Part shown: positions 39,441-49,952 of the stretch, one piece after another
Layout: each line of letters begins with the position of its first letter
Position numbering within the stretch: position 1 is the stretch's first letter
Virus record (IMG/VR): IMGVR_UViG_3300024348_000017
Coordinates: 1 to 64,000 of that record
Length of the DNA: 64,000 nucleotides
Reading direction: 5' to 3' (one strand)
DNA from: a virus
The notes under the pieces: generated by a model
The model's database searches: none
Seen by the model: the letters and a program-made list of their open reading frames with translations, nothing else
Told to the model about the DNA's origin: nothing
Position numbers and translations under genes: made by a program

Positions 39441-41246
39441 CTACGCTACTGGTTCATCAGCTAGGAATTTTAAACTATTGTAATATTCTTCTCTCAAACG
39501 TCTAACAGCGGCTTCAGCACTCGCCACACCTGCTTTAAACATATGGTCATCACTTGATGATGCTCGCTCGTTAATTACTTTAAATACCTCTTCGAATACA
39601 TCGAATCCGAAATACTCGCCTGAAATTTGATATTTGTTTTCCATATTATAATTTTTCTATTTCTTGTTTAACTTCTTGCCAATATTCTAATTCAAAATTT
39701 GGCGATTCATAAGGATGCCAAAATATGGCTTCTTTAATTTCTTCTACTGCAATTAATGCACATTGTTTAGCATCCTTAAAACCATAGGGTTGATGATTAG
39801 ATTTAAAATACTTTTGTACTAATTCTAATGCTTTTTCTTTTGGATCCATATTAGTTGAAATTAAAGAATTTATGTTCTTGTTTTACTCTCAATTTTTGCT
39901 CTGCTACTACTCTTGGTTTTGGTTTGCGGCCTCGAGGTTTACTAACTCGATCTTCATCACTACCCCAATTCGTTTCCCTAACCGTCTTATAAAAGCGTTC
40001 ACGAACACGCTTCATATATTCATCTTCCATCTTTAATTAATTGTGGGTTATTTTCAATTATATTTACAATTGAATCTACTATCTCTTCTGGACCGAATGA
40101 GGTTTTCCAATCACACTCTTCAGATACCTCATTTACCCACTCCATATAAAGTTTAAATAACTCGTCTTTATCTATTTTCATAACATTAATTTAAATATTT
40201 TGAATCTGATATTTTTAACCCACAATATAAATCTAACATTCTCATTTCACGATCAGCTAGATACTTATTGTAACGATGCTTTTTCATTATGAATTTAGTA
40301 CCCCAATCTCGCCATTCCTCATTTTGGGCTTCAGTCATTGTGTATTGTTGATACCAATTATCCTTTCTACTTTCAACATCTTCAAATTTAAGATCGTGAC
40401 CTGCTATTTCAAACATCTTATCGATTAGTTCTTTTAATACTAACTTATTTTTATCTGCTCGTTTCATTTTAGATATTTTGATTTGAGTATCTTAGTATAG
40501 TAATCTGTTGTTACTGGTTCTTCATCATGTTTATGTGAAGTCCATGTTTGTGGAGCTTCCTTTATACATTGCTCTATTCGCTCACGCTTTGATTTTGTTT
40601 TATCTGTTGCATATTCATAGTATAACCATGGTTCCCAATAGTGAGAATGATGTTCGCTATATACTGTTAATGCTATTTGATATCCGAAAAATACAAATGT
40701 AAATACTGGATTCCATTCGTGTCTAAAGTCATTAGGTGTCCATTTTGTTTTCCATCCTAAACTACACCAATCGAATCCAACTTTAATTGGTACTGCTTTA
40801 GTATAGTTTTTATACATATCGTATAACTTACTATCTATATGTTGTACATAGTTTTTATTGGTTTTATGCTTTTCCATTGCTTTTTGAATATCCTCTTCTG
40901 TATATTTAACCCATTTTCTAGGGAAGAAGTATGGAGTGCCTATTGCTAATTTACCAGCATAGAATCCAATTTTAAATGGTTTAAAGGGACTCCATAGTGC
41001 TTTAATCCATCTAAAGCGTTGTATTGTGTATTTTATACTCATAATCTAATTTATATATTCAATTAATAATTCCTTAGCACCCACAACGTATTGTAATGCT
41101 CCTAATTTACATTCATTATTAAACGGCTTACCGTTTTTAATTTCCATTGACCATTGTGGTTGACCTCCATTCGCTAATCCAGTGAAGAATCCATCCTCAC
41201 TGAATATAACGAATTCGGGTAATTTATTTTGTTTGGGCTTTTTCAT
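39441..41246 (-). other. small hypothetical genes (39441, 39646, 39851-40030, 40186, 40464, 41046)
   Basis: Coupled ORFs; 39851..40030 is a hand-found 59-aa basic protein with PRGRKPK. Confidence 0.55.
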
Positions 41247-41985
41247 TCTCTAATTTGCCCAAAGATACGACTCCATCGTTGACAATCAAATATTCTCTTG
41301 GCATTGTATCAATGAAATAGTAACGACCACCTGTAGCTTTACCCTCAATATCGATTTGTTTTTTGGTTGTATGGCCTACTACTTGTCTAATTTTAGTACG
41401 TAATGTATCGTAATTGGCTTCCATTAATGATTTAGGACGGATCCAAATAGGACCTTGGAATGTTTCATCTCCAAACCCATAAGCACCATATACTTGATCT
41501 CCAACTTGTCTATATGAACGATAACCGACTTTAGTTGGTTGATAATTAAATAAATCATTCAGATACATAGCTATATTCTCTACATCCCACATTGTAATCA
41601 TATCATCTAACCATACACTACTTACACCAGCGTGTGTAACTAATATATCATCAAATTGATAGGCCATTTGTAAATGGTCTCTATTAGTACTGATGAGATA
41701 TTGAATGGTTGGCGCCATTCTAGATTGATAACCTGAAGTATTACTATCTCCAATTTCAGGAAAATAATGATAATCGTGATTACCAACTAATAACACTACT
41801 ACTTTATCAGTTGTAGTTTTAAACTCAATAATGTCTTGAAAATTTTGGCATTGTATTAATCCAGGAACTGTAAATGAATCGAAATAATCACCTACAAATA
41901 CAAATCTGTCGGCGTCTTGTTCTTGTTGAACTACTTGCTTCCATGTATTGTGACCATGAATATCTCCTATAATAACTGTTTTCAT
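41224..41985 (-). CDS. calcineurin-like metallophosphoesterase
   Basis: GDIHG, VGDYFD, GNHD, THAG, GP.W.R, VVGHT. Confidence 0.92.
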   Translation of the reverse strand: MKTVIIGDIHGHNTWKQVVQQEQDADRFVFVGDYFDSFTVPGLIQCQNFQDIIEFKTTTDKVVVLLVGNHDYHYFPEIGDSNTSGYQSRMAPTIQYLISTNRDHLQMAYQFDDILVTHAGVSSVWLDDMITMWDVENIAMYLNDLFNYQPTKVGYRSYRQVGDQVYGAYGFGDETFQGPIWIRPKSLMEANYDTLRTKIRQVVGHTTKKQIDIEGKATGGRYYFIDTMPREYLIVNDGVVSLGKLENEKAQTK

Positions 41986-41988
41986 AAC

Positions 41989-43425
41989 TTATAATATTAT
42001 ACCTTTAACTATTATGTGTTTTGATTTGTCAGGCACATAATAAGCAGTGTCCGCCTCTTCATGTTTACCATAATACCATTCTTTATGTACATCTAAAGCT
42101 ATTTCCATAACGGGGCCTATTGGACCAGCATCATTGTAACCACCTTCGTAGCCACTAACAAATACATGTAAATCGGGATCGAGCGTTTGTAATTGCTCTA
42201 TTAATTCTTTAACTGTCATAACCTAAATTTACGTAATTATTTTGCCATTACCAAAATTTATACCATGGTTTTTCTACCTTAGTTTGTGGTTTTAATCGTG
42301 GTGTTATTTTAAGAGTACGATTTAATAATGCATTAGCATGCTTCTGGATTATTGATTTGTCTTCATCTGGTAAACCGCTAACGTTTATATGGATTTGTAC
42401 TAATGAGCTAGTGGAACCAGCCTCTAACGTTGTTGTAATAACGTAATATTCTTTATTTTTGATATAAACTGTACGTACCATAGATATAAATATCTACAGT
42501 TCAAACTTATTCAGTTTCGTGGTTCATATAATTTACAAACTCAAGAGCTGCTTTAGGATTTACCTCCTGTAAATGATCTAAAGTCAATTCGTATCTACCT
42601 AATTGGACATGTTTGATAAATGCTTCATCATATAGACTATCTGATGTTGATTGTAATGTTTTAACTTCAACCTTAAATTGGTTGATTCTTTCATTTTGAA
42701 AGTAAATTGTCGTTAACAGAGCTATCAATGTACCTGCTGTTAGTAATGGGTTAATGTATTTTTTCATGTTATACTGTTTTTATCTTCTTCATCAAATAAG
42801 TCTTCACCTTTATAATCAGGATGATTTTCCTTCATATAGTCAATTCCACGTACCCAAAATGTGGCTACGATTGCTGCTAATACAGCACTACATCCTATAC
42901 CAATTGCTAATCCCACCATTTTTCAATATTTTCTTCTAATATGTTAAATAATAATCGTCTTGCTCTTAAATGATTTATATGAGCTATGTTTATAGCTATT
43001 CCTGCTTTAGTTTTCTTCTTAAATGGAGGTTTCTTCATTGCTTTAACAGCAATCCAAATACGAGGATACTTAATAAAGTAATCATCAAAATGTTCATTTA
43101 ATTCCTTTAAATCCCATTCATAACTACCTGGATGTGATTCGCTTGGTGTAAATACAGATTCTGTTTGATGATAATCATTATATTCATGTAAATAATATTC
43201 TGTTTGTAATTTATCAATTAGACGAGTACATAGCATCATTATTTCAGCATCGCGTTTAGCACTAACGTGTCTGTCTTTAGTACCAATATATTTTGCTTGA
43301 TTCTTTAATTTGAATTTAAGTATCTCCCAAATATAATGATCATCCCAATCCTGGTCCTTCCATATAATGGGTAACCAACGATATAAATTGTATATGCGTT
43401 TAAAGAATTGTTTTACCTTGTACAT
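41989..43425 (-). other. small hypothetical genes (41989, 42248, 42507, 42907)
   Basis: ORF track; 42507 has an N-terminal TM. Confidence 0.55.
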
Positions 43426-43480
43426 AACATGAATTTAAAACAGAAATTTGGCCCTACCAAACAGGTAGAGCCATAATCAC

Positions 43481-43642
43481 TTACTTAGTTACAGTTGTAT
43501 CAACTACTGCTGTAGTTGTATCAGATGTTACTACTGTTGAATCTACTGCTACGGCAGTTGAATCTGTTGTTGATACTTCAGTTGAAGCACCACCACATGC
43601 TACCAATGTAGCGATTGCGAAAATTGCAATTACTTTTCTCAT
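43481..43642 (-). CDS. 53-aa lipoprotein with heptad D(S/T)T repeats
   Basis: Hand translation MRKVIAIFAIATLVA-CGGASTEVSTTDSTAVAVDSTVVTSDTTTAVVDTTVTK; own promoter TTTGG..GGCA..TGTATATTT at about 43669-43699. Confidence 0.75.
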   Translation of the reverse strand: MRKVIAIFAIATLVACGGASTEVSTTDSTAVAVDSTVVTSDTTTAVVDTTVTK

Positions 43643-43700
43643 AGTGTAATTTTTGTTTTATTATAATTAAATATACAACCGAATTTTGCCCAAACCAAAT

Positions 43701-45110
43701 TTATAATTGAAGTCTTGAACCAATCATAAAGAAACTAAGTATGGGTGTACCGGGCACGGTTGATATGCTGGCTTTGTAATCGATGTTAAATCCAAATCTT
43801 TTACTCAATTTAAAACTATATCCTGTGCCTACCAAACCCATTACATTATAGTTCCAAGAGCTTCCCGATTTGCTGTTGTAAGCGTAGGGCGAGGCCATCA
43901 GGAAGACTCCTGGAGATAAGGTTGATTTTAGACTTATTTGGTATGGTTTAGTCCAGAATGCTGTTGTTGACGACATCATTGAATATGAGTAACCATCTAC
44001 TTCTTTTAATTTAATGTTAATAACTGATAAGTTGTAACCATACGTACCTAATTTTGGATGTGGTATAATATGAGTATAACCACCGAAAGTCATATGGGTA
44101 CCTGCAACGTAAGCGACGGTATATGAGTAAGCATCTATTGATTTGAGTGCTCCGTTCTTAAAATTCATATCGCTTTTATTCGCAGATAAAGCGAATGATT
44201 TTAAATCAGCCCATATCATACTCGATACGCCCCAACTCGATTCACCTGTAGCGGATGCTTGAGACATACTCAATGATATGACTGGTGTGAACCCACCTGT
44301 AGCGTTTTGACCTACTGTTAAGTCAGAACCTATCATTATGGGATTCATTACTGCTTTTTTCTTTTCTTCCTTTTTATCTGATTTCTTTTCTTCTTTCTTT
44401 TCCTCTTTTTTCTCTTCTGATTTACTTTCTTCTTTCTTTTCTTCTTTAGTTTCTGATTTACTTTCTTCCTTTGATTCGGTTTTTGATTCGCTCTTACTTT
44501 CGGTTTTGGTTTCGGTTTTGGTTTCGCTGCTTGAACTGCTTCCTCCGCTGCTGCTCTCCGAGCTTGAGCCTGATGATGAGGAAGATCCAGATGAAGATGA
44601 AGATTGGGATGAAGATGATGATGATTGGGAAGATGATGACTGGGATGATGTACCACTCGATGCTGCGGCTCCTGAACCTGCTGAAGACGCTCCTGCTGAA
44701 GCGGCTCCGCTTGCTGCTCCTGAAGCCGCTCCTGAAGCGGCTCCACTTGCTGCACTTGATGCTGCTGATGAAGCTGCGGATGCTGCTGCTGAGGCTGCTG
44801 CTTGTGATACTGCCTGAGTCACCGTCTGTGTTACCACGGGGGTTGATACGGGACATGCTAATGTATTGTAGGATGCATACGTTGCTTGAAGCCAAGCTTG
44901 TAATTCTCCATTTGTTACTTGCGCTGATGTAAATGTTTTGATTTGTCCATAGAAGGAAACGACAGCGTTTCCATTAACCATTGTAGTTGTAGCTACTTTA
45001 GTTTGACCAGTGCATTTGTCAATAAAGGTTTGAGTATAGACTTGTCCGTTCGCTGTTTTAGCGAATAAACATATAACGATTAATATTAAACTTATTAACC
45101 ATTTCTTCAT
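43701..45110 (-). CDS. secreted protein: small N-domain, Ala/Ser/Gly then Ser then Glu/Lys low-complexity stalk, C-terminal outer-membrane beta-barrel
   Basis: Signal peptide; alternating beta-strands; ends FFMIGSRLQL. Confidence 0.7.
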   Translation of the reverse strand: MKKWLISLILIVICLFAKTANGQVYTQTFIDKCTGQTKVATTTMVNGNAVVSFYGQIKTFTSAQVTNGELQAWLQATYASYNTLACPVSTPVVTQTVTQAVSQAAASAAASAASSAASSAASGAASGAASGAASGAASAGASSAGSGAAASSGTSSQSSSSQSSSSSSQSSSSSGSSSSSGSSSESSSGGSSSSSETKTETKTESKSESKTESKEESKSETKEEKKEESKSEEKKEEKKEEKKSDKKEEKKKAVMNPIMIGSDLTVGQNATGGFTPVISLSMSQASATGESSWGVSSMIWADLKSFALSANKSDMNFKNGALKSIDAYSYTVAYVAGTHMTFGGYTHIIPHPKLGTYGYNLSVINIKLKEVDGYSYSMMSSTTAFWTKPYQISLKSTLSPGVFLMASPYAYNSKSGSSWNYNVMGLVGTGYSFKLSKRFGFNIDYKASISTVPGTPILSFFMIGSRLQL

Positions 45111-45934
45111 TACTTATTATTCAATCCAATTGAAATTTGAGAATACTTCCTAATTGGGTCAGTATCTAATTTTAATGTGAACCATTTGAAATCTCTTATT
45201 AATCCGACTTTAAATGTAGTAAATGATGTGTTTGATTTTGGAAATGATATACCACCAATAGCATCTTTACCTTGCCATCTAATAATTTCATTGCCAAATC
45301 CTACCATACCGTGTATTCCAATTTTACCAATTCGTTTACCTCCACCAACATATAAAGTTGATTCTTTTTTCCAATCGTTTTTACTAAGTGGGAAATCAAC
45401 ATTATTGATTTGACCATATGGATAATAGCTATTTTGGTCTATTGCATAAGTCATTACATAATCCATAATGAAATATCCTTTCTTACCACCCACTACTCCC
45501 CAATAAGATATTTGTTTATTATTTGTATGTCCAAATCCAAAGGATGTATAAACTCGTTCTTTTCTAACAGTATCTCTTCTACCACTTTCGTATATGTGAA
45601 TTACACTTCTTTGTCTCCATCCTAAATCATCATACCAAATGTAAGGCATTGGTTGATACCATCCGTAGTTACCCCAATAATAACCAAACTGATTAGGGCC
45701 GTTCCAATTTTGAATACCACCCCTACCACGTGGTGGCAATGGTTGTGATTCTTGTGGTGGATTATTTCTCCAATTACTCACATTATTTTGTGGTAATGTA
45801 GGGGTTTGAACTCTTGACTGTGTTGCTTGAGACGTTTGTGCTGCTGGAGTACTTCCACCAGTTTGTCTCCAAGTTGATACTTGTGAAAAAGATATCATTG
45901 GAATAACCAACAATAAAACTAATAATTTTTTCAT
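45110..45934 (-). CDS. secreted protein: disordered Q/P/G/W-rich N-terminus plus small beta-barrel
   Basis: Signal peptide; alternating aromatic/Gly strands in the C-half. Confidence 0.6.
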   Translation of the reverse strand: MKKLLVLLLVIPMISFSQVSTWRQTGGSTPAAQTSQATQSRVQTPTLPQNNVSNWRNNPPQESQPLPPRGRGGIQNWNGPNQFGYYWGNYGWYQPMPYIWYDDLGWRQRSVIHIYESGRRDTVRKERVYTSFGFGHTNNKQISYWGVVGGKKGYFIMDYVMTYAIDQNSYYPYGQINNVDFPLSKNDWKKESTLYVGGGKRIGKIGIHGMVGFGNEIIRWQGKDAIGGISFPKSNTSFTTFKVGLIRDFKWFTLKLDTDPIRKYSQISIGLNNK

Positions 45935-45937
45935 AGT

Positions 45938-46654
45938 TTAGTTTTTAAATACACCCTTCTTAATCATACGAGGTAATATACGAGCACAAGCAATATCTAA
46001 TGCTTTTTTAGTCGCAATACTAACTGTAGACTGATTAAATTTAACTGGGTCTATTGTTGCGTCTGATAATATTGTTAATTCTCTTGTTGTTTTGGCTTCA
46101 CCTAAACCCGATGCTGCTATAATTTCTCCTGTTTCAGCATCTGTAAAGCGTACTTGCAACCCTAAACGTGTAACCATTGTATTTTTAACTCCGTTTGATA
46201 AGTTTACTTCTTCATCATCTGAAACTGACCAATCGTATACTTCAATTTCAACGAAGTAATGAGCTAATCTAATTTTACCTCTACCATCTAATTTATCTTG
46301 AGAAATCCCAGCGGCTGACGCTTGGAATTGTTTTACCATTCTATTTTTAATTTCTGTTTTATCTTCTGTAAACGTAAAGCGATTAAGATTTTCAAGATAT
46401 TCAAGCGTGATGTTAGCAACGCCAAGGCCCACTTTCTTTTCCTTGAGTTCAGGATACGACTCATAAAGATCATCTCCGATACCACATTTAAGAATTTGTA
46501 TTGGTATCGTTGGTCCTTCATAATTTAAAAATTGACTAATGTCTATTTTGGTTTCGAATGACGCTTTGAACTGTTCTGTCTTCGTGCTTCCTATAGTTTG
46601 AGCACCCACATTTATGGTCAATAACAGACCTAATAATATTAATAAACTTTTCAT
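45938..46654 (-). CDS. CsgG-like (curli secretion channel / TolB-N fold) protein
   Basis: GLGVANI..E.L..LNRF.F.E, LAHYFV...V.D, TRLGLQVRFTDAETGEIIA.SG.G.A, A.KKA. Confidence 0.75.
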   Translation of the reverse strand: MKSLLILLGLLLTINVGAQTIGSTKTEQFKASFETKIDISQFLNYEGPTIPIQILKCGIGDDLYESYPELKEKKVGLGVANITLEYLENLNRFTFTEDKTEIKNRMVKQFQASAAGISQDKLDGRGKIRLAHYFVEIEVYDWSVSDDEEVNLSNGVKNTMVTRLGLQVRFTDAETGEIIAASGLGEAKTTRELTILSDATIDPVKFNQSTVSIATKKALDIACARILPRMIKKGVFKN

Positions 46655-46672
46655 ACATAAATTTAATTTAAA

Positions 46673-46694
46673 AAAGGGAACCGAAGTTCCCTTT
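46673..46694 (-). terminator. intrinsic terminator
   Basis: AAAGGGAAC-TTCG-GTTCCCTTT-TTT. Confidence 0.8.
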
Positions 46695-46701
46695 AGTTTT
46701 T

Positions 46702-46941
46702 TTAATCTTCTTTTTTCTTAGAGCTAAACTTATCGAATGTATCAGCACCCATCCCAATACCAGTAATAATCATTACTGCATTTACTAATTCAGCTGATGG
46801 GGCGAAGTCTGCATGTGAAAATGAATTTAACATCATTGTAATACATAAGAACATTGCACCCACAAACGCTATAACTGGTTTTACTGAAATAGCGCCTCTT
46901 TCATCTTTAAATAAATCAATCACCCATTCTTTGAAATTCAT
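46702..46941 (-). CDS. small 2-TM membrane protein (holin-like)
   Basis: DERG.IS.K, two TM helices, charged C-tail. Confidence 0.55.
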   Translation of the reverse strand: MNFKEWVIDLFKDERGAISVKPVIAFVGAMFLCITMMLNSFSHADFAPSAELVNAVMIITGIGMGADTFDKFSSKKKED

Positions 46942-46962
46942 ACTTTTAATTTTTAATTGTTA

Positions 46963-47571
46963 CTAATGAGAGTCATCGTGGAAGTCTTTTAATAGACCGC
47001 AATTTTGACACTCTAATTCACCATCGTTATCGGCATCACCCCAAACATGTTTACATTGTCTGTGTTCGTGGTGTTCGAATTCTAATTTTTCCATCTCTTG
47101 CTCATGTTCTTGAGCATCTTTAGCTATATCTTGATCATGTTCTTGTTGATCTTTTTTCAACTCAAACTTTTGTTTGTTCTCAGTTACGGCTAAATCTCTT
47201 GCTGCTGCAGCACCTTGAACGAATGCATCTGGGATTAATGGAGTAAATGGTCTGTTACTTTCTTTTATGTCATTAACACTACCTAATGCTACACCATCTT
47301 CCTCATCCATCTTTTGTACTAACATTTTATCCTTATCAGTGTCACTAAACCAATAGTCTATGATTTTACCATAGCTACCAATAAAGGCACCTAATAACAA
47401 TAATAATAATTCTTTCCACTCTCCTTCTATTGATGATTTACTTAATATAGCGAAGAACATTCCTCCTATAATAAATAAAAATCCACCTAATACCATAGCG
47501 GTAATATACCATCTACGGCTCATCATTTTAATTAATAAATCTTTAAATCCTGTTGGAGTTTGATCTGCCAT
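46963..47571 (-). CDS. 2-TM membrane protein with acidic/His-rich tail and C-terminal Cys/His motif
   Basis: LLLLLLGAFIGSYGKIIDYWF; CKH.W...C..CG. Confidence 0.6.
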   Translation of the reverse strand: MADQTPTGFKDLLIKMMSRRWYITAMVLGGFLFIIGGMFFAILSKSSIEGEWKELLLLLLGAFIGSYGKIIDYWFSDTDKDKMLVQKMDEEDGVALGSVNDIKESNRPFTPLIPDAFVQGAAAARDLAVTENKQKFELKKDQQEHDQDIAKDAQEHEQEMEKLEFEHHEHRQCKHVWGDADNDGELECQNCGLLKDFHDDSH

Positions 47572-47640
47572 TTTTATATGCTTTATACGATAATAAACTA
47601 ATTAATATAATAAAGAACACTACTGTTCCTATCTTATATC

Positions 47641-47946
47641 CTACCATTGTGCTGGTTTTTCTTTAAACTCATCACCGTCTTTTTTCTTAACTGGAGCTGC
47701 TGGTTTTGTTTCTGCTGTTTTTTCTTTAATGATTACGGTTTTACCACCTGCTGCTTGAGACTGTTGGTTGCTGTTAGTAATATTAATTACTGGGGCTGCT
47801 TGTTGTACTGGAGCTGCTTCATCACCACCACCTGTTAATTTATTTGTAATAAATCCACCTACACCTAGTGTAACTGTACTTACTAAACCGATGATAATGT
47901 TTTTAAATGATTTACCAGTTGATTCTTGTTCTACTTCTTCTGCCAT
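47641..47946 (-). CDS. single-TM protein with low-complexity periplasmic tail
   Basis: IIIGLVSTVTLGVGGFI; AAPVINITN. Confidence 0.6.
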   Translation of the reverse strand: MAEEVEQESTGKSFKNIIIGLVSTVTLGVGGFITNKLTGGGDEAAPVQQAAPVINITNSNQQSQAAGGKTVIIKEKTAETKPAAPVKKKDGDEFKEKPAQW

Positions 47947-48006
47947 TTTTATTTTTTTTTATATTTTTTTAATTTATTTTAAACTCAATAAAACTACCCA
48001 AACCAA

Positions 48007-48327
48007 TCACCAAATTGGGAGATTGACAAACCAATCACCAAATTTAGTTAAAAAACTACGATTATCAGTTTCATCATTTAAGTTTTGTTTACAAACATCA
48101 CAACCACATTTTTCTCTTACCTGTTTCCAATTAATATCTGCTAAAACCTCATACCATATATGATTTTTATCAGGGTGTTGATGAATGAATTTTATTGCTG
48201 CTGGTGTGAGTGCGTGTGTATCACATGCTGAACCAGGTCCGTCTCCACCAAATCCATAATATCTTACATAATTTTCACCACAATCTGAGCAGTTATATAC
48301 TATATCGTCTCCGTTTTTCTTTGCCAT
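48007..48327 (-). CDS. Cys-rich small protein
   Basis: CSDC, CDTH, CGCDVC. Confidence 0.55.
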   Translation of the reverse strand: MAKKNGDDIVYNCSDCGENYVRYYGFGGDGPGSACDTHALTPAAIKFIHQHPDKNHIWYEVLADINWKQVREKCGCDVCKQNLNDETDNRSFLTKFGDWFVNLPIW

Positions 48328-48338
48328 AATTTTTGCTT

Positions 48339-48719
48339 TTATATTTTGTTAAAATCTGTTATTCCTAATTGATTACCATTAGCATCGAATAATCCTATTC
48401 TATATGCTGATGATGGTAATGCTGATGTATATACTTTTAAGATGTTGTCTCCAACAACTACGTTTACTGTTTCTTTTGATACTACTCTATTTGAAATATC
48501 AAATATTTTGATTGTAACTGATTGAGCTACATTACTTTTAACATTCATAGCAACCTCTGAGGTTACGAATGGTGTTTGTAATTTAATACCTACCGCGCTA
48601 GCTATTTTTAATTCAGCATTAGCTGTAGGTGGTTGGGGTGTAGGTACGTCTACTTTTGTACATCCTGCAAATAGAATAATCGCAACCGCTATTGTACATA
48701 ATTTCTTCATTGTATTCAT
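48339..48719 (-). CDS. lipoprotein with T9SS-CTD-like Ig domain
   Basis: LFAG-C lipobox; VTIKIFD.SNRVV...G.N......SALP..AY.I. Confidence 0.6.
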   Translation of the reverse strand: MNTMKKLCTIAVAIILFAGCTKVDVPTPQPPTANAELKIASAVGIKLQTPFVTSEVAMNVKSNVAQSVTIKIFDISNRVVSKETVNVVVGDNILKVYTSALPSSAYRIGLFDANGNQLGITDFNKI

Positions 48720-48720
48720 T

Positions 48721-49059
48721 TTAATTAATTTTAATGGTCGTTTTACCTATCTGAGTACGGGATTGGTCTTCCAATACTAGATATAAATATTTAACGGGTA
48801 GCGAACTAGTGTATATTTTCAACTTGTTTTGTCCTACTTTACCACTAATGCGCTCTCTTGTTATTACGTTTTGAGTTTGATCCAACATTGTTAAAGTATA
48901 TGTACCTGCCGTCTTTAAATCGAAATAAATATCACCACCATTCACCACGGTTGATTCAGCAACACTGAATATATCTGCTGTAATGGGTTTTGGTTCAGGT
49001 CTAACTTCTACTTTTCTACAGCTAGACAATAATAGCAATATGACTAGTAATTTTTTCAT
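48721..49059 (-). CDS. lipoprotein with T9SS-CTD-like Ig domain (paralogue of 48339)
   Basis: LLSS-C lipobox; GQNKLKIYTSSLP vs GDNILKVYTSALP. Confidence 0.6.
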   Translation of the reverse strand: MKKLLVILLLLSSCRKVEVRPEPKPITADIFSVAESTVVNGGDIYFDLKTAGTYTLTMLDQTQNVITRERISGKVGQNKLKIYTSSLPVKYLYLVLEDQSRTQIGKTTIKIN

Positions 49060-49952
49060 TAAAATTGGAAATTTGTTCCTATCATAAATAGGATTGGGTT
49101 ACTCTTTTTATATCCAACCGATTCACTTAATTTATCCCAAGTTGTGTTATATCTGATATTGGTATTTAATATAAATCTTTTAGTTATTTTCCAATCAATA
49201 GATGTACCATAATATAAGTCTAAATTGAAATCATTTAAGTATCCTATATCTGATGCCGTACCATCTTTAAAATCTTTGTAGATATCACTCATAGCAAATA
49301 CTTGTGGTGATATGTTTACCCTCTTTGTTTTGAATGTATATGTGTACATTGCCATACCTCTATAAGTTATTTGAGATGATGATGGCATTATTGGATAAAT
49401 TAAATCTACAAAATTACCATCTACATCTACTGTATATTTTCCTTCCCACTCACCTTGATATGTTCCCCAAAATGTTTTTGAGGCAATTAAACTATATCCA
49501 AATGTTCCAAACTTTTTAGTTCTAAATACATCTATAAATGATAGTGTAATATCTTTTTGGAAATTAAAATCAGTTGAATAGAATGATTGTAATGTAGTTG
49601 TTCTTGTATCTGTATTTCTACTGAAGCCATATCCCACACCATAATAATTCCATATTGGGTTTATTGATGATGCTAATGAGTGGGCCCATTTACCATTATT
49701 AGATGTTTTACTATATCCTAAATTTAAGGTGGTAGATACTTGCTTTCCAATTATACCTACTGAAAGGTTTGATGATGATAAAACATCTTTTGAAAAATCA
49801 ATATAAGACTCCAATATACCTAAGTTATTCCAATCACTACTTTCTCCAAATAATTCTTTTGGTGTTAGTTGTAATGTATCAGGCTTTTGTATTTGTGCAT
49901 TTGCTACAAATCCAATTAAAACTAACGATATGATTAATAATAATTTTTTCAT
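49059..49952 (-). CDS. outer-membrane beta-barrel protein
   Basis: Signal peptide; alternating strands; C-terminal Phe beta-signal LFMIGTNFQF. Confidence 0.7.
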   Translation of the reverse strand: MKKLLLIISLVLIGFVANAQIQKPDTLQLTPKELFGESSDWNNLGILESYIDFSKDVLSSSNLSVGIIGKQVSTTLNLGYSKTSNNGKWAHSLASSINPIWNYYGVGYGFSRNTDTRTTTLQSFYSTDFNFQKDITLSFIDVFRTKKFGTFGYSLIASKTFWGTYQGEWEGKYTVDVDGNFVDLIYPIMPSSSQITYRGMAMYTYTFKTKRVNISPQVFAMSDIYKDFKDGTASDIGYLNDFNLDLYYGTSIDWKITKRFILNTNIRYNTTWDKLSESVGYKKSNPILFMIGTNFQF

